Part shown: positions 23,720-35,885 of the stretch, piece after piece
How the letters are laid out: each line of letters starts with the position of its first letter
Numbering within the stretch: position 1 is the first letter of the stretch
NCBI GenBank assembly: GCA_043228905.1
Contig: JBHGNT010000005.1
Coordinates: 15,438,001-15,502,000 of the forward strand
Direction: 5' to 3'
Length of the DNA: 64,000 nt
DNA from: Azolla caroliniana
Taxonomy: Eukaryota; Plantae; Polypodiophyta
Notes under the pieces: generated by a model
The model's database searches: none
What the model was told of the DNA's origin: nothing
The model's input: only the letters and a program-made list of their open reading frames with translations
Program-made: the position numbers and the translations under genes

Positions 23720-25914
23720 GAGGATTCGCCTCCGAGACTATCTCGATTCCTTTCATGATTGGCTTGCACTGTTAGGAATTGGACCGATCTTTGGTTGTCA
23801 AGACTCTTTATTCGTGCGAAGTTTGCTCCATTATCGAACACTTTGGTCTCCATCCGAGATGATGTGATATAAGGTTGCCCTAGGATGACAGGATGCGACG
23901 CCGATTCTTGTACGAAGAAGTGTTGATCCATCTCCACATCCCCGATTGTGACTTTGACATTGGGACAAGCTCCGTACAAGTCCTCTGTAGACTTTGTTGC
24001 CGCGCGAATCTTCCATCCGTGGTTTGTATTGATTGGCCATCTTCCCTTTTTGTAGAAGTCGGTTGACATGAGGTTGATCTCCGAGCTGTGGTCGATCAAG
24101 GCTACGACGGTCTCTTTCTTCTCCCCGATCTTCACCGGCGTCTCCGTTGTCGCTCGTGCCCAATGAGGTCGAGTGTAGTGGTTGTCCACCATATCTTCAT
24201 CGATTTCGTCTCTTGCCATCGTTATGGCATTTGTTTTTGCTTTCTGCGGCTTCTCTTCTTCCTCGTCCGATTGTTGTCTCTTTCTCTTTACAAGGTCCAC
24301 GATCGTGTCATGGAACTCCTTCTTCGTAATGCCAAGCAATTCCCTCAAGGACAAAGTTACGTGGCTATCAACAACTCGTTCTTCGAGAATCTTCTTTAGG
24401 TCCGTCGTCTGCTCTATGTCCAACCTTAGCTTATAGGTAGGGATGGTCCTTGTCCTCCGAGCGGGGTCTTCGACACCAACCTTCACGGGCCGAACCGTTT
24501 CTTCAACTCATATGCTCGGCTCCCCTTTTCGGCTTGATTCTCGTTCCTCCGTTTGTAAAGGTCGACTCGTCTCCGCATCGTCCTTCTTTTTCGCGTTCCT
24601 TGTTTCATGTCTTTTTGATGGCCCTTGCTCTTCTATTCTCTTTCTCTTTTCTTCGACGAACACCTCGTGGTTGTCGCACATCACCTCTGCGAGTATGGTG
24701 TTGTCGTCCACCGGATCCAACCACCCGGTTATGCTTTGCACGTTTCGGTCCGCAAGCTCTACCTCGTTCGATGTGACTTTTCCCTTCTTCTCATATTCGA
24801 GAACGGAAGTCCAAAACTTTGCTCCCGCTCTAGTAGCTTCAGTCTTGTCTTTCCCGACTCTTATTCCGGCCGACGCAGCATAGTGCATCGCATCCACATG
24901 AGTCGCATCGGCATCCTCCATAGATTTCTTCATTCCTCCTCTTCCGAAATTCACCCGTAGGGGTCTTCTAGTCTCGCTTGAGCAGATCATGTTGTCCTCT
25001 ATGTATATGATATTTTGTCGAATCGCCTCTCGAAGGCTCGCACAATCCCTTCTCATGTGGTCCATGCTATCGCACCACACGCATCTAAAGGGTTCTTTTC
25101 CTTTAGGGCCCCGACGATTCATGTTGGCTAGCGTGACCTTCTTGAACTTCTTCGCTAGCTCTTCAATGATGTCGTCATCAATCTTCTTTTCTTCCACGTT
25201 ACTTTGTCTCAGCGGCTCAGCTACTTTCGGCGGTCTTGCTTTCTCCGTGGTAGTCGGTCCTATCAAGTCGGTGTCATCAACCCATTGGCGATGCTTGTCG
25301 AGCCTATTGCATGCCCGCTTCACCGCAATCCAGTCCGCTACGAGCCCATTTGCTTGGGTATCATCTTCGAGAAGAGTCCCCAACTCCCGTCTATCCTTTA
25401 TGTCCACGGCCTTCAAGAAGTACAAAGTCTTGTCCTCTTCAAGCAACACTTGGTCCGTATTGGGGAGACGACTAAACATCTGGTCGAATTCGTCGTACAC
25501 CCTCGAGACGCTCATCTTCTTATTCTTCTTCTCTATCCACTTCATCAGGGCATGTCGAGTCATCCTCGTTGAGTCTTCAGTCACGAACTCCGCTAGTATC
25601 GTTTTCTCGAACTCGGACCATGTTGTCTTACCTTCTTGAAGCTCGATGACGCGTCTTTCGATGTTGTTGGCGACAACTCTCTTGAAGCTTGCGATTTGAC
25701 GTGCCTCGTACACGTCCCTCTGATTCATCTCCCTTCTATATGCATCAAGGAACTTCGTAACGTTCCTTCCATCGAATTGGCGCTCGAGCTCTACGACACG
25801 ATCGACAGCCTTCTCCACGCTCGCGTCGTTGTCCCGAGATCTCATCATTTGCTCGACGATTTGCATCATCCTTTCGAGCTCTCCTGGTTGGTTGCTTGAG
25901 GACGCCATCTCCAA
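23710..25914 (-). pseudogene. Gag-protease ORF of element E (one in-frame TGA at 24508-24510)
   Basis: ORFs 24508-25914 and 23710-24486 share a frame. Knuckle CVWCDSMDHMRRDC; protease ALIDHSSEINLMS..HPVILGQPY. Confidence 0.88.
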
Positions 25915-25949
25915 GTATTAATCTCGACTTGATCCTTCCTACCGCCTCT

Positions 25950-25967
25950 TTCACGTCGGGTTCACCA
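25950..25967 (-). promoter_or_regulatory. Primer-binding site complementary to tRNA-Trp
   Basis: The + strand TTCACGTCGGGTTCACCA matches the recalled 3' end of plant cytosolic tRNA-Trp(CCA). 8-nt spacer to the LTR. Confidence 0.75.
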
Positions 25968-26369
25968 CTTAATTATGTCGTGAAGATCCGTCACTACGCG
26001 CGGATCGTGAGGCGGAACCGCCGGGGTTCTGGACCAGAAGGATTTAGAGTCGATACAAGCTTTGGCGAGAAAGTACTTAAGATAGATTGGGAAAGAGAGA
26101 AGTTGAGATTACACGATCAATTTGATAACGAATTTCTTCCTCTTAATTTTCATAAAAAAAACCGTGTTTTTTCTCCTCCCCCTTCCCTCTTTTATAGATG
26201 CTCTCATGCATATGATGCATGTGAGGGTACAAGACATGCATAAATTGCATGTTTGCCATTTGGCGCTTAAGTATTACATGTGGTGCATGCTAACCATGTC
26301 ACTCATTTTAGCTCTCATGTATGAGAATTTACATGTAAAACTACAATGATAGAAATATAATTTCAACTA

Positions 26370-26442
26370 AATAGCATGGCTTAATGGTAAGCCAATTGAC
26401 TCCTAACTTGGAGGTGCAAGGTTCGAATCCATACTTGCCCAT
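26370..26442 (+). other. tRNA-derived module (Pol III A and B boxes) inside the E 5' LTR
   Basis: A box TGGCTTAATGG 26377-26387, B box GGTTCGAATCC 26420-26430, tRNA-like spacing, AT-rich tail to ~26480. Confidence 0.6.
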
Positions 26443-27064
26443 ATATGTAAATATGTATATATATTTATATATTTATTTATCTAGTCGCCGGACGCCGGTT
26501 CACCGGATACCGTCGCCGGATACCAATGCCGCCGCCGGATGCTGTCGGTTACCGGTGCCTCGCCGGATACCGGTGCCGCCGCCGGATGCCGTCGGTTACC
26601 GGTGCCTCGCCGGATACCGGTGCCGGATGCCGCCGCCGGATTGTGGTCGGATGCCGTCGGATCACCGGCTCCATCGCCGGTCCGGTTTTGGTTGGCCAAA
26701 ACCCTTTACGAGTAGCTAGCCACCTCCACTCTTAGTTCAAGTTACCTTGAACTCTCTATGCTCCACTCATAGACACAAAGATAATATCTTTTGCTCCACC
26801 TTATATATGATGAGATATCTCGCGTATTTGTCGTGCCTATGTGGGATATCTCACAATTTTCTCTTTTCTTTTCACAAACTTTATACCCTCATATCTTGAC
26901 ATTTAGTTGTCCATTTCTCGTGTAATAAAGTGCATTCGAAACCTCTATCATTTTGTACTTAGATATTAAAAATGTTATCCTCACAATTATTGTATTACGT
27001 GATTCATACTCGATTTCGTACGTTTTATGGGATTTTCACACTATTGCCGAAAATCTTCACGACA

Positions 27065-28700
27065 ACGCCAACAGCTCCAAATACGACGGCTACGATGGTG
27101 TATTCATAATGAGATATAGAGCGAACTCTATGATGGCATCCGACTCCACAAGCACCTCCAACTCGGAAGACGTGTTGTTCGTTGGCTTCGGCGCTTCGCA
27201 TCATATGACATCACACCAAGAGTGGTTTCATGACTTAAGAACGCCTGACCGACCCGGCTTCATAGAGACAAGAGACGACACCACACATCCCATTCGACAC
27301 ATCGGCAATGTCCCAATCGGGAAAGAAGGCGAGGAAACTTGCATCAAGACTGTCTTGCACATGCGCACAATAACAAAGAGTTTGGTCTTGGTCGGCCAAA
27401 TCGTGGAGCAAGGCATGGAAGTTCGTTTCAACAACGAAGGATGCTTTATCGAGAAAGATGGCTGACTCATAGCCAAGGCACGGAGAGATGGTCAACTGTT
27501 CATTCTCGATTCGAACGAGGGGAAATCGGCCATGTATGCCGAAGGTCTCAAAACCGAGACAAGCATCGAGTTGTGGCACAAGAGAATCGGCCACATAAAC
27601 CTCCAACGGCTTCGAGCGATACAATCAAAGGGAGTTGTCATCGGACTTCCGACATTCAAGTCAAAACGAGTTGACCGAGTATGCAAAGCTTGTCAACTCG
27701 GCAAATAACATCGACTCCCATTCCCGAAGGAGAGCTATGCAAGAAAAAGTCTCCTCAACGTCATACACTCGGATGTATGGGGACCGGCTCAAACGCCGAT
27801 GATCGGCGGATGCCAATACCACGTCACCTTGATCGAGACTACTCCTGCTACACGTGGATCTTCCCGATGAAGAAGAAGCGAAGTGCTCTGCCACTTCCAA
27901 AAGCTCTAGAGGCAAATCAAAAAAGAAACCGGTCGGCACATTCGATGCCTACGATTGGATGGAGGCAAGGAGTACTTCTCCGATGAATTCATCTCCTACC
28001 TCCAAGGTGAATGCATTTGGAGGGAATTCTTGTGCCAACACACACCCCAACAAAATGGATTCATCGAAAGGATGAATCGGCAAGTACTCGAGGTAGCATG
28101 TGCCATGATGCATGAGAAGCACATGTCAAACTTCTATTGGGCCGAAGCATCATCCACGGTCGTCTATCTCATGAACCGGTGCACCCCTAATGGAGTGCAT
28201 GAGCTAACTCCATATGAGCTCCTTGTGGGCAGGAAGTTGATCCTGTTGCACCTCAAGCTATTTGGAAGCATTGCAAATGTATGCATCCCGAACGAAAACT
28301 GACAGAAGCCTAACACGAAGTCGGAGAAATATATCCTCGTAGGGTACTCGTGGCCAAGTCCGAACTTGGACAAAGGCAAAGGTAAGATGCCTGAATATGA
28401 AGTCAATCACCCCGATGATAGTGATTCGGATGTGTCAGCTCCCTCACTAGACAATGAGTTTGGTGTACCCATTATGCAGACACCTGGAGTAAAGAAGACG
28501 GTCACATTGGCAAGCGAAAAACTTCAACACTCTACTAGAGAGAAGAATCTCGTCGCTCAACCCGGCTACAATGAGTACATGGCCCATCATTATACCTTCG
28601 CGATGAAGGTAGCGGCCGAACAAGAACCTGAGAGCTCTATAGAAGTGGCTCGTGACCCACGATGGGTGAAAGCAGTCGACCCAAGACTTAGTCACGGGCT
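27065..28700 (+). pseudogene. Copia protease/integrase remnant of element D (RT-RH deleted)
   Basis: LFVGFGASHHMTSHQEWF, DGGKEYFS and HTPQQNGFIERMNR; homologous to element J at 53260-55100. Confidence 0.85.
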
Positions 28701-29242
28701 TGAGGGGGAGAAACCGAAATTGCCACGAAAATACCGATGGCGAAAGGCACACAGAAGCCGACATCAAAAGCCAGACAATGTTGAAGGCAAAACCACGTTG
28801 AGATATCAAGCTCAACTAGATTTAGTTAGTTAGTCAACACACGTAACTTAGTAGTTACCTAGATAGAATCTAGTTAGTGTGTTGACCTTAAAGCCTTAAA
28901 TAGGATTTTGTACTAGAGTGGGATACATTGCAGATCTTCCACTTCCATGTTCATTTTATATAGGACTTACACCCTTGTACAGGTTTATATTCTACTCAGA
29001 CAAGTGCACATTTTCACATGAGATGTACATATATACCTCATTGTCGGTATTTTTGTTTTTGATGATGCTTTTAATATACTTAATCATCCCCCATCTTGTC
29101 TCGTTGTTCATAGTGTTAACTTCCTCTCTCTTCTCCTCTCACACACACACACACACACACACATATCACTTAATCTTCCAGTTAGCTTAATCACATAATT
29201 AGTTACTAATTAACCCGTAGTTAATTACCTAATAACAATTAA

Positions 29243-29358
29243 TGAGCTACTATACTATAGATTAGTAGTAGCTAATTAGCTACCACACTTTATAATGCTT
29301 AGCTAATTAGCTACGTTGTATCTAATTAGCTACTACACTATAGATTGGCACTAGCTAT
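29243..29358. repeat. Palindrome array segment between D and F
   Basis: agctaattagctac units with the same spacers as 18290-19148. Confidence 0.88.
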
Positions 29359-29759
29359 TGTGCGGAATAGTGCTCGGTCATAATCGATTCTTAAATCCTC
29401 AATGGAAGAAAGGAGGAAATAGAAAGTGAGATTAATGCAGTTACACAATACGAGACGACACTAGATGTTTACGTGGAAAACCCTCATAGGGAAAAACCAT
29501 GGGAGCCCACAGACTCCAACTATCACTATAAGAAGAGCATACCAAGCAAGACTCGGAGGTAACGACCTGGCGCTCTATGTCTTCGCTAACTGGCAGTTAC
29601 AACAGAAGAGCTTTCTATCTCTCTATCTCCCTCTCTCTCTCTCTTTACAATAATAATATTAACAACTCTAATGATAACGGAAGTGGTTGACCTAAGTCAT
29701 ATTTATACTTATATGACTTTAGCACTATTTTAAAATATGGCCATGATAGGCCCTCTAGA

Positions 29760-32700
29760 TGTTGGAAAGTATGTATATATATATGTATCTATACGGACAA
29801 CATGTATGCTTATGCTCAGAAGACAACACACACAGAGAATACAATGAATGAAGACTTTGACAGTACATCGAGCTTTAATGGAAAGCTTCTTATTACTTCG
29901 TTCTCTCTCAGAGATACAATACTCTTCTAATCATCACTCATTACAATGTTAGGTATTCGCTTATATACTAAGCCCTAACTTATTAACGAGTTCACATTCG
30001 GACGGATACAAATTGGAAGGAGTCGGCCTTTTATGCCAACAAACTCCCCCGTAAAAGGACTACTCTTTCTTGCATGTACAAGTGTTTGGGATTATCTCCC
30101 TCGTAAACCTAGATTACAAATTTAACTAGATTTTATGTTACAAGTTTGTCGGCAAGTAGCCGAGTCAGTAGAGGTATAATATGATTGTCGGTCAACTCTT
30201 ACCTTCTGCTCCTCATTTGGCTTTCTTCTGCTTGGTCGCTTGTCATAGCCCCATCTTCGTCCTTAGTGTTCCGAAGCGTTGATTTGGGAGTGGTTTCGTC
30301 AGGCAATCAGTGATGTTCACCTCGGTGTCGATCTTCCAGACTTTGAGTTTCTTTTTGTTTACGAGCTCTCGGATATGATGATACTGCACCTCAATGTGCT
30401 TTGTCTTCGTATGATAGACGGGATTGTTGATGAGGTGTATTGCGACTCACAGGTTTATTGCACTCTGTGAGTCGCAATAGATGGTCGGTGTTGGTCGGTC
30501 GTTTCAATTTGTAGTTCCAAAGTCGCCAGTCAGTCGGTGCAGCCAGATCGCTTCCAATGCTGCTATGTACTCAGCTTCTGTGGTAGACAGAGCCATGCAC
30601 TCTTGAAGTTTCGACCTCCATGATATTGCGCCGCCACCATAGGTGAAGTTGTGGCCTGATGTCGATTTCCGATTGTCCGTGTTCTCGACATAGTCGGAAT
30701 CGGTGTAGCCTTCGACTTCGACTGAGGTTGACAGTTCGAAAGTCAGTTGTGCATCCGTGGTTCCTTTTAGATACCTAAGATTGTGCTTGATGGCCTCCCA
30801 ATGCTTCTTTCCTGGGTTTGACATGTACCGGCTGACCACCCCTACGGCATAGGCTAGGTCGGGTTGGGTCGCCACCATTGTTTACATGATACTTCCTACT
30901 GCCGATGCGTAGGGTATCTTTCCATTAAGCTCTCTCTCCTTTTCAATTGCAGGAGAGTCTCTGTCCAATAGTTTGATCGACGTTGGAAGCGGTGTTGGTG
31001 CTTCAACACCTTGCGGATGTATTCGGACTGGGAGAGTCAGAGAGTTTTGGTCGTCCGATTTTGCTCTATCCTCATGCCCTGTATGTGTTGGGCTTGTCCA
31101 AGTTCCTTCATCGCGAAATTTGTATGAAGGCTCCGCTTCAGCTTACCGATCTCTAATTGATTGCTCCCTACAATCAACATGTCATCGACCTATAGCATCA
31201 GATAGATCCAAGTTGACTCATCGGCCAGTTGCCGAACATACATGCATGGGTTGATGTCTGTTCTGTTGTATCCAAGCTACCATATGTAGGAGTCAAACTT
31301 TTGGTACCACATTCTCGGCGCTTGTTTTAGGCCATATAGACTTTTCTTTAGTCAACATACGAGGTGACTGTCCTCCCCCGTCGCCGTGAAGCTTGCCGGT
31401 TGAGACATGTATATGTCTTCTTCCAGATCTCCGTGTAGGAATGCCGTCTTTACATCCATTTACTTGAGCTCTAGATCTTCTGTCGCCATGACTCCTAGTA
31501 GGAGTCAGAGGGTGGTCATCTTGACTACTGGTGGGAATATCTTGTCATAGTCAACCCTGTATTCCTCTTTGAATCCATTCATGACAAGTTGAGCTTTGTA
31601 CCTGTTTTTCTCTGAGCCGGATACATACTTGTAACGGAAAACCCATTTGCAAGGTAGCAGCTTCCTTCTAGCTGGTAGTTCGACCAACTCCCATGTCTGA
31701 TTTTGATGAATCGACTCCATTTCGGATTTCATGGCTTGTAGCCATGTTTCGGCGTCTAGTGCGGCTATAGCTTCTTCATAGGTGCTTAGTTCGCCTGCAT
31801 CCATGTTGTTGATGAAGTCGAGGCCCAGTTGGTAGAACTTTGTTTGCCTTCGAGCTCGTCCAGATCTCCTATGTCCCAAGATGTTTGGTTCAGATCCTTC
31901 GATTAACTCTGTTGGTTGATCGGTATTAGTTGAACCATTTGTATCAGGAGTCTTGTTAGGTGTCCCGCCCCCAGATTGGGATTTTGATGGTGTCTAGTTG
32001 TCCTCCCTTGTGGTTGTCGTCGACTCTTTTCTTACTTGTCTCTTGGTGACTTTGGTTTTATCAATCCTGGTCGATTCGGATGTGTCTTTGAGGACTTTTT
32101 CTTTGAGTTCAATGATAGGACTTGTTGCCGATTCGGTGTCGGCAGGGAAGTTGGCAGCTTGTTGGAGTTCAACTGTTTGTCTTGTCTCCGATTTGGCCTG
32201 ATGGGTCGGTTCTTCTACGACAGTGCTGTCATCTTCGAAGGATAACTTCTTACCAACTATTTTCTGTTGGTTCCACTAAGAGAAGATATATTCTTCATTG
32301 AAGACTACGTTGCTCCTCCAGATTAATTTCCGATTCTCAGGGTCCCATAGCCGGTAGCCGAAGTCCCCATCGGTTCCATAACCAAGAAATATGCACTTTG
32401 CTTCATGGGGTGCCAACATCGTACTTTTGTCCCTGGGGATGAAGGTGTAGGCTTCGCATCTAAATATATGGAGCCTATCGTAGGTCGGTTGTTTGCCTGA
32501 CCATAGTGCTTGTGGCACTTCGAGCCTGATTGCTCTTGACAGCACCAGATTTATTAGGTACACTACCGTCTGCAATGCCTCGGCCCACAATTCCAGCTTC
32601 AGTCTGGCTTACTGGAGCATTGCCGTCACCCTCTCCTGGATCGTCCTGTTCATCCGTTCTGCCACTCCATTTTGCATGGGTGTGTAGGGAACAGTCTTTT

Positions 32701-34861
32701 GGTGTCGGATCCGTTTTCCGGACATGTACTGTTTGAAGTCTCTAGAGGTGTATTCACCTCCGATGTCAGATCAGAGTGTCTTCACTCTGTATCCCAGCCA
32801 GTTCTCCACTTCAAATATCCATCGAGTGAAGACCTCGAGAGTTTCATCTTTGGACTTGATGGAGTATGTCCAAACTTTCCGTGTATAGTCATTTACAAAT
32901 GTGATGAAGTATCGGGAGCCTCCTAGTGATCGCTCTGGCATGGGCCCAGATATGTCTGTGTGCACAAGGTCTAAGTGCTATCGTACCATCTTGTAGTGGA
33001 GAGAGTGCAGACTTCGGGTATCTTTCCCATATCGACAATGCTCGTAGAAGTCCGTCTTTGCCTGGAGTTTCGAGATGTAGCCGACCAAGATCAGCCGATC
33101 AAGTCTGGCTTGAGACATGTGGCCAAGTCGGCCATGCCATAGGTTTGGGTCAGCCTTTTCAGTTACTTTCACAGCCCCTTCAAGGTTGATCGCCATCAAT
33201 GGGTATAGATTATTATACTTGTACCCACTGTAACCGATTTTGAGGTTTCCTCAACTAATCACACATGTCGACTCGTGTAGAGTCGTTCGATGCCCGTCTT
33301 CAACTAACATGTTGATGGAGACCAGACTCCTCTTTAGATCAGGTACGTGTCGAACTTGATGCATGGTTATTGTGTTGCCATTTGGCAATCTGATAGGTAC
33401 CTCCTCGGTTCCGGCTATCTTGCACTCATGCCCGTTTTCGAATCGAACTGTGCCGCTAGCGTTGGGTTGGGGGTCACGTGAAATGTGGCGCTAGAGTCTA
33501 ATAGCCACGTGTGTGCAACTTGTGCACTATAGAGAACTTCTGTGATCATTGAGTCCTCTAAGAAAAGGATTTTTCCGGATCGGGTGTCAGCAATGTTGAT
33601 CTGGTTGCCGACTGGAGAGTGGTCTGAGTTGGAACGTCCCCGATTCCGCTTGGATTACCGACCACTCTCTTTTCTTTTTATTGACGAGCAGTCAGAAACA
33701 TTGTGGCTAGCTTTCCTACAATGTGTGCAGTACTCACTTGTTCGGCCCGTTTTCGACTTCGACCACTGTCGATCACCCCTTGTTTTCGATCGGCTGTAGC
33801 GTCGACCGTTTTTGTCGGCTTGTTCTTTCGTTCGACTCTGTCAGTTGAATGACTCGGTCAAGTGATGGGCTTCTGCCAACTCATCGATGGTTAGTCCCAT
33901 CGATTTTCGCCTGATGTCCTCTATGAGGAGTTGGCCGATTGTTTCGTCCAAATTTAGGATCGGCTGGCTATTGGCATATGTCATGCAGAATACCTCCCAA
34001 CTCGCCGGCAAGCTTGACAGGAGGGCAAGGGCTTTCACTTATTCTTCGAAGTTGATCCCTTGTGACGAGAGCTCAGACAACAGCTAGTTGAAGGTGTTGA
34101 TGTGGGAAGTTGCCGGATGGGTCTTTCTCATCTTCATGTTGAACAGTTGTTTGATCAAGATCAGTTTCAAAGATGAGGACTTATTTTCATAAACGGCTTG
34201 TAGCTACTCCCACAATGAGAACGTTGTGGTCTCTTTCGCCATGCTAAAGTAGACGTTTTCGGCTAGGCACATTCGGATGGTGGATCCTGCTATTTCATCC
34301 ACTGATCTCCACTCTTCTGTTGTCATCGAAGCAGGCTTTTCGTTGTGCCAACTGGCTTCAACATGTCTTCGGATGATCAACACAACTTGCATCATCTCCT
34401 TCCATAGGGAAAAAAAATTTCCATCGAACTTTTTGATTTCAACTCCTCTTCCGGATGTTGAAGCCATATTCCTTTTATGAAAGTAAGATTTCTAACCTGG
34501 CTTTATCCTCTCAACTACTTATGTTGTCTGTTGTCGTTGTGCAACAAGGTCGCTCTGATACAAGTTGTTGGAAAGTATGTATATATATGTATCTATACGT
34601 ATGAGTAAAATGATTGAGGACTTGTACGCTTATGCTCAGAAAACAACAGACACAGAGAATACAATGAATGAAGACTTCGATAGTACATCGAGCTTTAATG
34701 GAAAGCTTCTTATTACTTCGTTCTTTTTGAGAGATCCAATACTCTTCTCGTGATCACTCATTACAATGTTAGGTATTCGTTTATATACTAAGCCCTAACT
34801 TCTTAACAAGTTCACATTAGGACGGATACAAATTGGAAGGAGTTGGCCTTTTATGCCAACA
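29760..34861 (-). mobile_element. Element G: decayed Ty1/copia with short LTRs
   Basis: LTRs at 29760-30041 and 34566-34861. TSD CTAGA at 29755-29759 and 34862-34866. Degenerate Met PBS ~34552-34563, PPT 30042-30052. Confidence 0.93.
30250..34467 (-). pseudogene. Fragmented gag-pol of element G
   Basis: MASTSGRGVEIKKFDG gag start, LWHGRLGHMS, HTDISGPM, CKWVFRYK and ALSTTEAEYIA. Confidence 0.88.
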
Positions 34862-35885
34862 CTAGAAACATATTTACAGATATGTCCCTAGATCCGGTTC
34901 ACACTGGATATCATCCGAATCCGTCTGATCCGGCTCCTCTGGTTCTCATCTGAATCCCATATGAAGGGGCCAAATTGCCAACAAGCTCCCCCTTCACTCC
35001 TGCATGGGATGCGTTGTCAGTCTAATCCGTCTCCTGCACATGTCCAGCTTGTCGGCTAACAACACCTTCGTCAGCATATCTGACCCGTTATGCTCTATGT
35101 GGATCTTCAACATTGCGAAGTCTTAATCTTCTATTCTCTTGTGAAGCCAGTGGTATCTACGCTAGATGTGCTTCATCTTGGAGTGGTAAGCCATGTTGTC
35201 TGCAAGGTGGATGGCACTTTGACTGTCGTAGTAGAGCCCGAATTCCTCCTGCCGGATCCCTAGCTCTTCGATGAAGTCCTTCATCCACATTACCTCTTTA
35301 CTGGCTTCGATGACAACCATGTACTCAGCTTCCGTTGTTGATAGTGCAATGGACTTCTGCAACCTCGACTGCCATGATATGGGTCCCCCTGCATATGTCA
35401 TAACATATCCAGAAGTTGACCGGCTGGTATCCGCATCAACCGACATATCCGAATACATGAATCCTTTGAGCTGGGGTTTTCCGGAGCCGAATCGGAGGCA
35501 CATACTCGAGTTTCCTTTCAAGTACCAAAGCATCCACTTAACCGCGGTCTAGTGTTCTCTTCCCAGATTGCTGATGAACCAACTGACCACTTCGACAACA
35601 TATCTGATATCTGGCTAGGTACACGCTATTGCATACATCAAGCTTCCGATAGTAGAGGCGTATGGTATCTTCATCATTTCCGACTTCTCTGCTTTCATCT
35701 TCGGACTTTGTTTTACGGATAACTTGCAATTTGTCAGAAGTGTCGAACCGACCAGCTTTGCATCTATCATGCTGAACCGTTGGAGCACCTTCGCCACGTA
35801 CTTCTCTTGTGATAGCCACAATAGCTTCTTCGTCCGGTCTCAGACTACGTGTATCCCCAATATCTGTCATGCAAAACCCAAATCT

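Larger units (their letters stand above)
19706..27064 (-). mobile_element. Element E: Ty3/gypsy (non-chromovirus; resembles Ylt1/Phygy-type), 3' LTR truncated
   Basis: 5' LTR 25976-27064 with 12-bp terminal IR TGTCGTGAAGAT..ATCTTCACGACA. Partial 3' LTR ~19706-20164. PPT 20165-20176. Order gag-PR-RT-RH-INT. Confidence 0.9.
19149..29237 (+). mobile_element. Element D: decayed, deleted Ty1/copia (family distinct from A/C) hosting gypsy E
   Basis: LTRs at 19149-19582 and ~28796-29237. PBS TGGTATCAAAG at 19583. Imperfect TSD GTTAA/ATTAA. Protease and integrase remnants at 27065-28700. Confidence 0.85.

Noticed and set aside
26370-26442. Functional tRNA gene
   Set aside because: A and B boxes are present, but I could not form convincing acceptor and anticodon stems; kept only as a tRNA-derived module.
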